Positions 13,746 to 28,299 of a DNA stretch of 64,000 bases are shown here, in pieces. Under the pieces are notes generated by a model, which made no database searches, had not been told where the DNA came from, and saw only the letters and a program-made list of their open reading frames with translations. Location of the stretch: contig OZ024743.1 in the NCBI GenBank assembly GCA_964016885.1, forward strand, positions 34,348,001 through 34,412,000, given 5' to 3'. How positions within the stretch are numbered: the first letter of the stretch is position 1; every line of letters begins with the position of its first letter. The stretch is from Eledone cirrhosa (taxonomy: Eukaryota). A program made the position numbers and the translations under genes.

Positions 13746-15044
13746 GGAGGTGGGTGTATGTGTTGCTCACGAGAAAAAATGAAATGGGTGAGACGAAGAA
13801 CAATAGCATCCTCTTCTTCATCAGCCACCCCCTGCGAATGCACCTTCGTGCATAATGGTGGCATTTCATAATATTAAGCCCAGGTTTCACGACGACGTAG
13901 GATAAGCCGCTGGAAAGATGTATATGAGACAACAAGATAGAAACAGAAGGCAACAAGTAAGTGTCTTTCAACTAGGACAAACAAAGCCTGTACGTAAACA
14001 AATAAGGAAAAGTCTTACGACTGGAAACAGGATGTTTACTAAGGTACTTGCTCAAGTCATTTAAAATTTACGTTTGCTTAACTTCCTTTTTAAACCCAGA
14101 AACTCTGTTTCTGCATAAGAGTCGAGTGTTTTAACTTTCTCTGTAAGACTGCAGTGTTGTTTTTATGAATGTTGAATAGAAAGAGGTTCAGCAATTGAAA
14201 CCTGATATGGAAAATACATATTTGTAGGCAGAGATACCTGATGATGGCCAGTGAATAAGCCGATCGAAACACATTATACCACCTAGGAACAATAAAGATA
14301 AAGACATTAGTCTGCAGACTTTAAATAATTTATGTTCTTTGATGCACTACACTTTGGGTTGAGGGTGTATCAATGGCTGAAACAACTTAACTCTTACGTC
14401 TTAGAAATATTTACTACATTGCTGACATTGCGTAGTTCATGATATCCGCCTTTGCTTAAAGCCGTTGTTGAATTTCTTGTTAAGTATACTACATCTATAT
14501 TTGAATTAACGAGAAATTGCTTCAATATCCTACTGTGGTATTGTGTTGCAATGTGTTGACAGTCAGTACCTTACATGAATTCCATGCTGACTTTCATTCA
14601 ACAATTTCTTTCTTTATAAGAACGTTGCTCATTTTTCTCCGATAATTCTTTCCGTGACTATACTAATATAATGTCGGAGTCACATGTCTAGAATACTTTG
14701 CATTTCCCTTGCTTTCTATCCCATACATTGCCTAAGCTGAACTTGATACATCTCTAATTGGATGCATATATTACAACTGCCTTTTCAATTGCAATTTGCA
14801 GTGGTAAAAAAAAATTAGTAAATCGCTGAAAAGGCTAATATGCATATTTTACATATCTAGTTGGTAACAAAAATAACAAAATAAAGAAGATGGAAAAATC
14901 GAAATTTCACCATGGAGTTCTTACCCCTTTCTTTTCAATTAATTTGTTTATTGCGGAATCAAGTTTTTTAGATATTGCTTTAGTGTACATTATATCAATG
15001 ATGTATGAATGGCTGAAACAAGTTTTATTATTTCTCTTGGTGTT

Positions 15045-15204
15045 ATACGACCCTTTATGTTCTGATTTCAAATCCCACCGATGTTAGCTTTGCCTTTCAT
15101 CCTTACGGGCTTGATAAAATAAAGTACCAGTAACGAACCAGGGTCGATTTAATCAACTTTCATCTCACCCCAAACTTGTTGGCCTTGTGTCTAAATCAGA
15201 AAAC

Positions 15205-15245
<41 letters not shown>

Positions 15246-15632
15246 GGCGGTGGATTGGCAGTATCGGTAGAGGGTCGGACACCATGCTTAGCAGCACAGT
15301 TACGTCCCTTTACGGACCGAGTTCAAATTCCGCCGAGGTTAACTTGCCTTTCATCCTTACGGGTTCGATAAAATAAAGTACCAGTAATGTACTGCGTAAT
15401 TGCTGGCCTTGTAAAGTAGAAACAATTATTATTCGTCCGATATACAACATGCTCAGCAGCATAGAGTTAGAGCTCTTTAGGTTCTGAGTTCAAATCCCGC
15501 CGACATTAGCTTTGCCTTTCATTCTTATGACGTCGGTAAATAAAGCACCAGTAATGCACTGGGGTTGATTTAATCGTCTTTCCCCTCCCCTAAAATTGCT
15601 GGCCTTGTGCCCAAATCAGAAACCATTATTAG
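15045..15632 (+). mobile_element. three head-to-tail SINE family A copies (long partial, short, long)
   Basis: Three occurrences of tgccttt cat(c/t)ctta-type body and ggccttgt...gaaac tail, separated by (TAT)n. Confidence 0.9.
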
Positions 15633-16290
15633 TCCGATATATACCGGTTATATGTGAAAAAATTCAATATTCATATATTTCCATGTGTAAATGTGTCCGC
15701 CAATATTAAACTTTGAATTCTTATGTTTTCCAATATATACATCGATATACAAAATAGGTAAACATCAACAAAATCTAATCTCATTAAAATACTCAACACA
15801 ACTCTTCAAATTGATGAGAGTTTCGTTGGTGTCAGAGTAGGGGCAATTCTCCTACCAATTTCTGTAAAGCTACTTGCGATAGTTTTGCTACCCTAACCAG
15901 ATATGCAGTTCCAAAAGTAAAAAAAAAACCTGCTAAACACAACACACAACCTAAGTAAGACACTTTTATTTTAATAACGTAACTCTACACTCTCAGTACC
16001 TATACAATAATCACCTAATAGAATAACACATATTCTACGGAATAACCACCACACAATATAAGACCACACATACGGAATAACCACCACACAATATAAGACC
16101 CCCCCCCCCCCCCAATAAAAATAATATGACAATTGTTTACATAGCCGACATTATAACACTAACATTTTCCGCGTTGCCCCCCCCCCCCCCCCAATTAATA
16201 TAGTAAAACTCATACAGCACCTAAAGTACATAATATGAATTATTAGGAAGAAAAGTACCTGTTTCATAAATAAATGTTTGTGGTACGTAA

Positions 16291-16650
16291 AAGACCTATC
16301 AACTCTCCTCGTCTGACGGGGAGATTTGCAATAGCCTTTGGGGTGGTTGAGAGATATCTTCTCTTGTGAAAATGGGTATAGCTTTCTGGCAGTATCAGTA
16401 GAAGGTCGGACGCCATGCTTTGCAGCATAGAGTTATACCCCTTTATGGTGTGAGTTCAAATCCCGCCGAGGTTAACTTTACGGGGTCGATAAAATAAAGT
16501 ACCAGTAATCTACTGATATAATTGCTGGCCTTGTGCCAATTGTAGAAACAATTATGTAAAATCTCCCAATTTTGCTTCATTTCTCCCTGTTTTGGGGTAC
16601 CTTTTTTCAAGGTACTCCCCGTTTGGGTTTTTAGAGGGTTGCAGGCTAGT
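16291..16650 (+). mobile_element. MITE (homolog of 49613-49807) interrupted by a SINE A copy at ~16388-16554
   Basis: 16292-16385 and 16555-16650 align colinearly with 49614-49710 and 49712-49807. Confidence 0.7.
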
Positions 16651-16874
16651 AAAAGGGACCATTTTGCTGACATTTTTATATTTCATTCATGAATTTTGGA
16701 AACTTCTATCGTCTTTATATGTTTGTATTAAAATATATTCTATATGTTTTATAGAAATAGAAATATCCAACCGATTAGCTTAATTTCTATGGTGTATACT
16801 ACAATATTTATATCTCAAATTGGTTTGGGTTGGTTTGATCTGCCATTATCATCAGGTCTTGTACCCTCGTTCGA

Positions 16875-16905
<31 letters not shown>

Positions 16906-17945
16906 CTTCATTTTTAAGACTTAATCAAATGAAGGGCAATACCCATTACCTTTTTCTGGGCCATCGAGATTGGTGGGAGAACATTAAAAAGCTGACTTCA
17001 AAACCAAGGCTTAGATCAAATACTCGTAACGAAGTAAACCTCGTTAAGGACACTCAAGTGGAGATGTTAAGCCGTATGACAAATTAAGTCTACGGATACA
17101 TCCAACAAATAATTTCCTTTATGCGTCGTATTAGTTAGGTCGATATGTACCAGTGCAGTTGAGTCACCCCAGAAGTTTAGAATTACATTTCCCTTTCAAT
17201 CACACTAGGTTATATGAGTTTGACGATCCTTGCATGGATATTCCTTGATGTCAAAGTGAGTCCAAATACTCAATAATTCTTATAAATTTATGATTTGTTT
17301 TTATAATCTAATAATCCACAAATGTTACTACATTTATATGAACCATCGTAGATTTGATGATAAAGAATAAAATCAAAAGCAGTGAACTAAACTGAATGAA
17401 AACAACGTTTCTGCGTGAGAGAAATATAATTGATCAGTTGATTGAGATGGCTAATAAAAGCCAATGTGTGGGTGGTTTCCTGGTTTGATTCTGCTGATGT
17501 TTGAGACGGAAGTTAATTTTCATGAAATATCTTGTATTTGTAATTGTTTAGTACAGTTTCTTGGTTCGATTAACAAGGAATATTAGAATTTGTTGATTTT
17601 GATTGAAAAATATTTCACAATGTTTGTTGTTTGCTATTTTTAAGCATAACTAAAATTGTTTAATAATGTTACAAAACAGAATTTTTGAAAGAAAACAAAA
17701 TATCTTTCCTACAGACATTCGGCAAAATAGTAACAAAACAAATTAAAGATTTTAACCATTACAGACGTAGCATCATATATGAACAGTTAACTAAATAAAC
17801 ATCTGCAACACCGTATACTAATTGTGAACGGGTGTATTGTGTAAAGCTGCAAAAGTTCGCCGAATCACTCAAATTCCTACCCAAACTCAATTTTTACAAG
17901 TCTTATCTGCAGACGTACGGCCGAACATCGACACTGAGGTGCAAT

Positions 17946-18626
17946 CTTCTATACAATAATATATACTTCTATACCATAATATATACCTCTATACCATAAT
18001 ATATACTTCTATACCATAATATATACCTCTATACCATAATATATACCTCTATACCATAATATATACCTCTATACCATAATATATACCTCTATACTATAAT
18101 ATATACCTCTATACCTTAATATATACTTCTATACCATAATATATACCTCTATACCATAATATATACCTCTATACCATAATATATACCTCTATACAATAAT
18201 ATATACCTCTATACAATAATATATACTTCTATACAATAATATATACTTCTATACAATAATATATACTTCTATGCAATAATATATACTTCTATACAATAAT
18301 ATATACCTCTATACAATAATATATACCTCTATACAATAATATATACCTCTATACAATAATATATACCTCTATACAATAATATATACTTCTATACCATAAT
18401 ATATACCTCTATACAATAATATATACCTATATACAATAATATATACCTCTATACAATAATATATACCTCTATACAATAATATATACCTCTATACAATAAT
18501 ATATACCTCTATACCATAATATATACCTCTATACAATAATATATACCTATATACAATAATATATACTTCTATACAATAATATATACCTCTATACAATAAT
18601 ATATACTTCTATACAATAACATATAT
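17946..18626 (+). repeat. 20-bp minisatellite, ~34 copies
   Basis: Unit C(C/T)TCTATAC(A/C)ATAATATATA. Confidence 0.97.
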
Positions 18627-19357
18627 TCATTAAACTAAAAAATATTTAAAAAAATATTTAACACGATTAGGTCTGTCTCTCTGTGTGTCTGTGGCTGTGT
18701 CTCTGTGTGTCTGTGTCTCTGTGTGTCTGTGTCTGTGTCTTTGTGTGTCTGTGTATGTCTGTGTCTGTGTCAATGTGTGTCTTTGTCTGTGTGTGTCTTT
18801 GTCTCTGTGTGTCTTTGTCTGTGTGTCTTTGTGTGTGATATTCTCTAGTCTTAAATTCAATACTATACATATCAAATACCCATTTTCTCTTATGTACACA
18901 TATATACATCAGGTCCGAATACAAAAGAACCGAATTCCCATTTGATCAAGAAATTTAACCAAACCTTCAATTGATTTTATGGCTAATTCTACAATAAAGT
19001 GTAGTAATACGGAACATCATCATTCTTGTTCCTTTCGAGTTAATTACCTATCGATAATTACATCTCAATTGCAGCATATGTCACATGAAAAATTATATAA
19101 GTTACTCTTGAAATGGCAATCATCGTAATAGTTTGACCGTATATTCGTATGTGATAAATGATGCTGCTATTACTAATTCCTTGTGGACGCAGTATAGGTT
19201 TGTGGTAGAGCCAGTAGATACTTGAAAGCAGTGGATACTTCCAGCGGTCTTCGACGGTAAGTTAGTTGGAGGTGGAGGATACTCGTTCAGATGTCACATA
19301 TATACATATCTACTCAACACGTTGTTAAATTTTTTAGTCAACATTATGACTGTATCA

Positions 19358-19625
19358 CATGGTTGATTGTTTTAAGGAGTTCGTCTTGCGATCATTAGGT
19401 CCGGATTTCGAGCCTACAGCGTAGGATTTTGGACACGCTGCATGTGTTATACCTGTAATTCTAATGGTCAGACATGTCACATGCCTCATACTGAATCTCT
19501 CTGAGAATTTACGTTAAGGTTACGTGTGTTTGTGAAATTCTCAGTCTCTTGCTGCGCGTAGAGTTCATGAGCAAATTTTTCTGTTGATCGGAGAACTAGA
19601 ATACTCATCACCGAAACCGATGGAG
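19358..19625 (+). mobile_element. diverged SINE family B
   Basis: tRNA-like head, then ctgaatctctctgagaatttacgttaagg...ctcagtctcttgc...gttgatcgga...accgatggag, homologous to 28790-28930 reverse complement. Confidence 0.6.
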
Positions 19626-20997
19626 ATCCATTCTATAATTAATTCACCACAAGTTGTATTTCTGTTCATGAAACACTTTTCTTCAGTATAAAGAAATAAT
19701 TCATGTTTGAAAGATGAATTAATAAACGTATATAGATGGCTATGCTCATTAAAAATAAAAATTAATAATACATAAAGAAAACTAATTACCTACTTAAGTA
19801 ACACCACTGATGCGTGCAAATTGAATGTAAAACTATAATAGTATTCTATTTTATTATCATTCACACATCGTTAATAAATATGCGTGGCTGTTATATCATA
19901 TTTAAACAGTACTAATCATGAGATTCTTTTACATTATGTACGTCAGTATTGCTCAAATATCACTATCTGATCCACGCAACTCGCTAATCATAGTCATTTG
20001 ACACCAAACATTGCAATTATTTTAATAAAAACTGTTGAGATACAACGCAGCCAAAAGGGGCTGATCCGGGTGGCGGCGAGTATAATAACAGCCGACCTAA
20101 CCCCACGACTGCCTTTCCTAACATCTAATCTCCAATAGTTCAGCCATATCCCAATCACGAAATACTAAACATCCTGGTATTTCTAAATCTAGCCTATTAA
20201 ATTTCATAATTATCTCCCACTACATATATATTTTTTTCCAACCACATAACCCCAAAATATGCATACATGATTGTGTGTATACGCATGTGTATGCCAGTTC
20301 TCGAAATTCTTCATGTTCAGAATTTCCTTGAGTCGTTAGTGGAACAGTATATTTTCCAGAGCCATCGAAGTTTGAAAAGCTTCCTGGCTTTATCTTAAAG
20401 AATTATTGAATTGACAACTGTTTATTTTTTAGCCTTAAATTTGTTCTGGTCGAACAGATTTACGGAGACACATTGAACATAATCCTTTCCGAACATAGCC
20501 ATTCCGTCTTTATCTCAGAGGTAAACTTTGTTTAAGGAAGTAGTATGTGACATCAGCATAGTTGGCTGCTATTTCTATCGTATGGAATAGCTATATAAAG
20601 GCGCTTTCATTGACGGCAAAAGTAATGGAAGAACGGTTGATGTTATTATCCTCGCATTTGAAATATTTTGGTCGATGATGTCAGATTTTTATCTCCTATA
20701 AAGACTTAGTTTTGAAAAGTTTCCTTGTATTTATTTGTAACCAACTATCTGAAATATCTATGTCGAATTTTGCGTAATACCATGCTATTAATAAGGCTGC
20801 TGTGACTAATGCTCTATAATATTCTGGTTTTGGCGCGTATTCTTTAAAGATAGTCTTACTATCAGTAAGTGTTTCTTTTTTCTGTCGCGCGCGCGCGTGT
20901 GTGTGTGATTTACTTTCTTGAAATGGATCCTTCTCGTAGATTCATGGTCAGCCAACAAGGAGCAAACTGATCCTCATACATATAAATACATATAAAC

Positions 20998-21042
<45 letters not shown>

Positions 21043-21240
21043 GAAAGAGAGAGAGAGGAAAAGGGGTATATGCACACACATACACACACACACACACACA
21101 CATACAAACACATGCAAACACACGCGCACATGACAGGACAGACACATAATATTGGTGCTATGATGACATCATTTCGTACCAAAGTTTCACCAATTTCAAT
21201 AATAAACATACCCCATGACACTTTCTTCTCGCTCGCTCTC

Positions 21241-21316
<76 letters not shown>

Positions 21317-21368
21317 CTCTCTCTCTCTCTCCCTCTGTCTCTCACGCCCCATCTCTCATCTCTCCCTC

Positions 21369-21399
<31 letters not shown>

Positions 21400-21528
21400 C
21401 TCTTTCTACATATCTATCTAGTTATCGGCGCCTCCTCTTTCTCACACACAAACGCCAACATGCAATACGAACATCAATGCCAACACACATTCACATGTAT
21501 TCATACATTTATACACACACTCACACAC

Positions 21529-21592
<64 letters not shown>

Positions 21593-21594
21593 AA

Positions 21595-21627
<33 letters not shown>

Positions 21628-21666
21628 AATAAATATATATATAAATATATATGTATATATAAATAT

Positions 21667-21817
<151 letters not shown>

Positions 21818-21994
21818 TGGACATGCATACTGACGCACCAAAGTTTTTGAAACCGGATATAAAGGAAAACGAGGCCTCAATCTGAAGAAGTGTTTTGTAT
21901 GGCTAGCAATAATGTAAACAGTGAGAGTGCTGTGTGTGTGTGTCGGGGTTTCCATAGATACATATATATATATATATACACACATTTGCAAACA

Positions 21995-22091
<97 letters not shown>

Positions 22092-22869
22092 TATATATAG
22101 TTATACTGATATATTTAAGAGATAGCCAGTATGTATATACACATTCATATATGAACATTTGTATATATTGTGTATATTTAAACGAGTAGGTGTGTGTATT
22201 TATGTGTCTGTATTAAATTTTCCATACGCGCGCGTATATGTGTGTATTTTTATAATTTGTCTAGACATAAAATCAGCTGCTAGGTGGCGTGAGTGTACTA
22301 AGAGCCATCGTGAATGAATAAAACAATCAGGGAGGACGAATACTCGTGCTTACGAAGGACCACTTACGATTTTCAAATATGAGTGGAAAACATCCACTTG
22401 GTGGAGGTTATTTGGTTTACAGAGTAGATAGAGAATGCGTAGTACTTTAGTAATGATTGCGATGATGTTGATACTGGTATAGTTTGTTATATAGTTTGGT
22501 ATAGTTTGTTGTAGTGGTGGTCTTGGTGTTAATAGTGGTAGTGTTGGTAGTTGTGTCATTACTGCTTATGTTAGAGATTAATTTGCTTGTTTCTACAGTA
22601 GTATCACTTATATTACAAGATAGTAAGGAATGGTATCGGTATATTTTTATAGGTGCTGGAGATGTTAAAATAGTCAATCTTTGAAAGATTGACTTCACTT
22701 CCTAACCTATATATCGCAGACGATTTAAATTCCCCAACCATGGTTAAGATACATGGATTTTTCACAATTGTTCGATTTATAGACAGTATTTCAGAAGTGT
22801 CATCTTGTTCCCAAAGCATGATTCCTCAAATCTCAACTCTCAATATTCACAAATCAACCGTCTAAACAT

Positions 22870-23052
22870 TAATTGTTTCTACTTTTGGCACAAGGCCAGC
22901 AATTACCCAGTGTATTACTGGTACTTTATTTTATCAACCCCGTAAGGATGAAAGGCAAAGTTAACCTCGGCAGGATTTGAACTCAGATCGTAAAGGGACG
23001 TAACTACGCTGGAAAGCATGTCTGACCCTTTACCAATACTGCCAATTCACCA
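22870..23052 (-). mobile_element. SINE family A (short variant)
   Basis: Reverse complement of the family consensus. Confidence 0.9.
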
Positions 23053-23409
23053 AAACATTAATGGCCTGGGAAGAGAGCGAGAGAGAGACAGGGGGAAGTA
23101 AGAAGGGAAGAGAGAGAGAGAGATGAGAGAAAGAGTTGAGAGGCGAGAGAAAGAGAGAGAGGTGAGAGAAAGAGGCGAGAGAAAGAGGAGAGGGAGAAAG
23201 GGAGAGGCGAAAGAAAGAGGAGAGAGAGAGAGAGAGAGAGAGGCAAGAGAGGCGAGAGAAAGAGGAGTGAGAGAGTAGAGAGTGGCTGTTCGGCTTCTGT
23301 TTAATTAGCTAAAATGTCTTTTAGCTTAAATAACATCATAAGTTACAAAGTAATGAAACTAAAATGTCTCAAGCCGAATGAGAGCAAGACATACTTTACA
23401 AGATTGCAT

Positions 23410-23520
23410 ACGGTCTGAGTTCATATCCCGCCTTTCATCCTTACGGGGTCGATAAAATAAAGCACCAGAAATGCACTGGGATAATTGCTAGCAGTGTGCC
23501 AAAAGTAAAAACAATTATTT
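23410..23520 (+). mobile_element. SINE family A, 5'-truncated
   Basis: ggtctgagttcatatcccgcctttcatccttacggggtcgataaaataa...acaattatt. Confidence 0.85.
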
Positions 23521-24727
23521 TTTACTCTGAAAATAGTCCAACAAAAAGGTATAAGGCAGACGTGAGTTCGAGTCCCACGGGCGCCGCTGTCTACATTTTC
23601 CCGTTTCCAGCGGCTTGTATGTGCGATTTGTTGGACTATTTTCATACTAAAAAAAAATAATACATGCGTTGAATCTTTTAACTCTAAGATTATTTCAATA
23701 TTATATAAGAATATTTACATCGGAAGATTTTTTAACAACCTCGACATAGTTTTCTTTCTGGCATAAAAACAATAAGCGTTGTTTAAGTCTAACAAAAAGA
23801 CAAAAAGCCATCCAGCTATTTTTGTGACAGCAAATTAGAACCGTAACATTTAAGTAAAAAAAAAATTAACAATAAAACAACGAACATAAGAATATATTGA
23901 AATCTCTTCTATGTCAGTATGTCAGGAGTTGACGCGAGGAGTAACCTTGAAGATATATTATGGGCCATAACAGGTGTCTTTGTAGTAAACAGGGTAGGTT
24001 TAGCTCCTTGAAGATGTGAAAACATAATTGTTTCTACTTTTGGCACAAGGCCAGCAATTATCCCAGGGAGAAAAGCAGTGTCATGATTTTATACTTGAAA
24101 ATAGAGCTGCGCACATGTGAATTAGAGAAAGAGATTCAGTATGTCAATGCTGCAAAATCTTTGAGATGGCCACGATAAGAGAAGATGTACGAGATGGCCT
24201 CGATTATCACATGTATATAGTCAACTCTTGTGTTTTATTAACTCACTGCCTGTCGAATATAGTTGTCGGGGATAAGATTGTTGATTTACAAGGTCATACG
24301 TTCACATCTGGTTAAATGTCTCTTTCTATCCCTAGGACGAGATAATTATTTCTAAGTCTCAACGTACTTATATGGAAAATAAGAATCACCATTTTCTTAG
24401 GAAGAATATTCTGACAGACAAATGCTCTGGCTTAAGGGAAATGTGTATCCATTTGTTTGATGTCATAGAAAGATGAGTGGACGACGCTATCTGCATTATA
24501 TAGATAATGTTACAGAACGTTTTACGGAACAAATACCACGTGGCAGTGTTTTTCTGACGCTCTAACGATTCTGCTTGTTTATCTCTTGATTAAAAAATAT
24601 ATATATTTAGCATTGTCACTATTAATTACATCTAGTGTTTTCCTCCGTCCGTGTTGTTGTTGAACAGACCAAGTCACTTTTAATACGTTAATACGTTCGG
24701 AGATAGAAATGCTTTTTGACAATTGCT

Positions 24728-25091
24728 TGGATTGGCAGTATTCATAGAGCGTCGGATAACATGCTTTATGGCATATAGTTACGTCCCTTTACGTTCTGAG
24801 TTCAAATCCTGCCGTGGTTACCTTTGCCTTTCATCCATACGGGGTCGATAAAATAAAGCACCAGTAATCAACCGGGGTCGATTTAACGACTTCCCTCTCC
24901 CTCAAAATTGTTGGCCTTGGGCCTATATAAAAAAACATTATTATTGGCAGCAAAAGGTTACGGCCTTTTATGATCTGAGTTCAAATCCCGCTGAGGTTAA
25001 CTTTGCCTTTCATCATTACGGGGTCGATAAAATACCAGTAATACACTGGCACAATTGCTGGCCTTGTGCCAAAAGTAGAAACAATTATTAT
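24728..25091 (+). mobile_element. two tandem SINE family A copies (long + short)
   Basis: Two family bodies in tandem. Confidence 0.9.
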
Positions 25092-25251
25092 CTTTGTTGT
25101 TTAGTCTGTTAAGACGTATGCAAATGCACCGGCAGCTATTAGGCCAGGCTTAAATTAGTCTGAAATAATCAAAATTACATTATAAATTGATAATATACAA
25201 AATGGCATGAGAAAATGCATATATATGTATGTATATACATATATATATAAT

Positions 25252-25302
<51 letters not shown>

Positions 25303-25524
25303 GTATATTAGGGTGGTCCAAAATCCCACATTTTACACAAAAGTGTTTTTTTCTTAGGTCCTATGCATTTTCTCATGCCATTTTGTATATTATCAATTTA
25401 TAATGTAATTTTGATTATTTCAGACTAATTTAAGCCTGGCCTAATAGTTGCAAATTGGCAGAATAATGGTGGAAACTAGTGGGCCTAGTTGTAGCTACTC
25501 GCTCCGTTGTGATGATCGATAAAT

Positions 25525-27959
25525 ATGGCTCCTGGGGCAATATGTTACATCCTTTTCACCAAACAAAATACTAACAAAGGGGGATGTTATAAGATATTTC
25601 TTCTACCTGAAAGATGGTCCTATGAAACACGAAAAGCATGTGAGCTTCAATGGTGCTATTGCAGATAGGCTTGTGATGGAAGTAGTTAGTCAGTGGGAAA
25701 AAGCTGGTGTGGCGACTCAACGAAAAGACAAAGTGAAACTGAAAATTATGAACATGTACAGTGAATACAGAAATTTACAAAAAAACAAAGGTTCTAAGTC
25801 AAACAAAGAAAAGGAAGCACTATTAATTTCTGAATTGGATTCGTATTTCTACATTGCACATATTGATGCTGAAAAGAAAATGTTGAAAGACCGTCTTCGT
25901 AATAATTGTTTCTACTTTAGGCACAAGGCCAGCAATTACCCAGTGCATTACTGGTACTTTATTTTATCGACCTCGTAAGGATGAAAGACAAAGTCAACCT
26001 CGGCGGGATTTGAACTCAGATCATAAAGGGACGTAACTATGCTGGAAAGCATGGTGTCCGACACTCTACCGATACTGCCAATCCACATAATGAACAGAAA
26101 ATGGAAGATGCTACATTTCTTGAAGCCCTGCGTTGCCAGAAAAAAGTATCTCTGGGTGCTGAAGAGAAGGGTTACCAGAAAAAGGTATCTTAAAAGTTTA
26201 AGCGTGATCGGGGTTTCTGTGGCTCGTCTAGAGTCAGAGAACCATAGAAAGCGTTTGTCAGGATCTGCAGCAGCATAACTTCCACGTAATGAACTGAGTG
26301 ATTCAAGTTCAACCAATGTTGAAACTGAAGATGAACAGGATCCTGAATTCCAGGCCTCAAACCCACCCAGAGACAGCTCAAAGTCAGACAAGAAACGAAA
26401 AATCCAGCTGGAACTCCCAAAGAATCCATTTCAAAGTCAAAAAATTTCTCTAATGGCTGATCGTTTAAACCTGATACTGGGCCAGAGAATAGCATTTATG
26501 ACATCGATTATTTCTGAGGGTGGGACTGACATAGACGCCACAACTCTCTACAAGAATAGTAGCAGACATGCTGCTAAGAAGATCAGAACTGTGGGGCTGA
26601 ACACATAAAGGAACAATTTGCTGTACCAGACTTTGTTACCTTGCATTGGGATGGCAAAATAATTCCTTTGTGACCACGAGAGGCTAGGTGTGCTAGTTGC
26701 TGGAACTCCGGACTTCAGAGAAGGTAAATTCCTCGGTGTTCCCATAATTCCTGATGGCACTGGAACCACCCAACTGGAACCATCATTTTATCTTGTTAAA
26801 GATTTGAATGTTGAAGGGTCTGTGGTGGGCTTGGTCTTCGACACAACTGCTTCGAATTCTGGATGGAAAAATGGTGCCTGCGTGAAACTAGAAGAGATAC
26901 TCAACCAAAAGGTGTTTTATTTTGCTTGTCGGCACCATGTCATGGAGCGTATCTTGTGTGCAGTGTGACAACAACTATTCGGAGCAATGTCCAGTCCAGA
27001 CACCCCAAAGTTCAAGGAGTTCAAAAAAGATTGGGTGTCACTCACGGACAAGACCAACTTTAAAACATTGAACATTGTCGACCGGAGACTCAAGCGTCTG
27101 TGTTCTGAGAACATCAAGTTCCTCCAGGATTTGCTGACATCCGACGATGAGAAAATGAGTTCTCTTCCACGGGACGACTACCGAGAATGTGCCGAGTTGA
27201 TGTTGATCTCGCTTGGTGTCACCCCTCCTCGTGGAATTCATTGGATGCTGCCTGGTGCACGTCATAACGCTCGGTGGATGTCCACAATCATCTATAGTGC
27301 AAAGATGTATCCATTTGGTGAGCGACTCAATTACGATCAAGCTAAAATGGAAAAGTTGCGTTCTACGTGCGATACTGGCTGACAGCAGTCAAGTGTGCTG
27401 ATACACCATCCAATGACCCTCAATTCTACGTGGAGTTGACACAGTACAGTAAGTTTAACAGAGATCTCTTGCAGGCAGCCACTACTGCTCTGAGCAGGCA
27501 TCTTTGGTACCTGGCGGAGGAAGCCATTCCGCTAGCGCTGTTTTCAAGTCGGGTCCAAGAATCCGAGAAGAAACAAATAGCCCAACGTCATGCCAAAACG
27601 AAAACGTCTGGGCCTCTCGACCGTGGTGCTCCAGTATTTCCCGAGTGGAAGTCGTCCACGAAGCTGCCTCATCTAGTTGGGAAGAAATCAAGGCTTCTGT
27701 TCGATCTCCTTGGTCTCGACGATACTTGGCTTGAGCTGTCACCTGCAACTTGGTCATCACAAGCGTCATATCAAAATGCCTGTGCTGTTGTTCACAATAT
27801 CAAGGTAGTCAACGATCTGGCGGAGAGAGCATCAAGTTGATAACTGATTTTGTTGCCATCACCAAGAATGAGGAGGAGAAGCAGTGTGTTCTTCAAGTAG
27901 TCGAAACTCATCGTCGCAAGGTCCCGGATTTCAAAAAAGAAACTCTGAAAAAAATATGA
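25525..27959 (+). pseudogene. hATm-type transposase, disrupted
   Basis: Motifs LHWDGK, FDTTASNSG, GAC, ACRHH, PGARHNARWMS, HLWYLAEE, KVVNDLAER across several frames. Stops, frameshifts and a SINE insertion splitting KDRLR|NEQKMEDATFL. Confidence 0.88.
25901..26086 (-). mobile_element. SINE family A nested in the transposase
   Basis: Reverse complement of the short-variant consensus; the transposase reading resumes after it. Confidence 0.92.
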
Positions 27960-28299
27960 CTGGAGTTAACTTAACTGAGCTTGTTTCTTCCTTGTACGCC
28001 TTTATATTCAAAGCTGGTTTACTAAATATAATGGATTAATAAAATAAACAATTATTGTATGGTCATATTTAGTTTCACATTTTCATGATTTCATGCAACA
28101 TAATCACACTTTCCACTATAATCACCATGATATAAGCAAGACTCAAAATAATTTATTTTATACAAGATATGTTTTATTTTACCAATTGGGGCATTTATAA
28201 TGGGAAAATACACAGGGAGCGTTAGTATTGCGACCTTGCTTTTTATGGCACACTCTAATGTATATATATATTTATATGTATGTATATATATATATATAT

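Larger units (their letters stand above)
25309..28257 (+). mobile_element. hAT superfamily (hATm-type) DNA transposon, full boundaries
   Basis: Starts TAGGGTGGTCCAAAA, ends TTTTATGGCACACTCTA. Perfect 8-bp TSD ATGTATAT (25301-25308, 28258-28265). Internal transposase remnants. Confidence 0.9.

Noticed and set aside
13780-13830. Minus-strand CTGATGA near a TA tract
   Set aside because: No downstream GAAA or stem I
14233-14282. CTGATGA…GAAA candidate hammerhead
   Set aside because: Stem II is plausible but stems I and III do not pair
17946-18626. CRISPR-like regular repeat
   Set aside because: Contiguous 20-bp units with no unique spacers, no cas genes, eukaryotic context
19170-19262. Exon-like signals (tactaat…cag, g|gtaagt)
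   Set aside because: All three frames have stops; a non-coding exon cannot be supported without RNA data
22440-22860. LINE endonuclease remnant (…CILTMVGEFK…)
   Set aside because: Only a loose GDFN-like match; insufficient
25948-27769. Antisense ORFs over the hATm transposase (and similarly over Gypsy and PLE ORFs)
   Set aside because: Shadow frames of TE coding sequence
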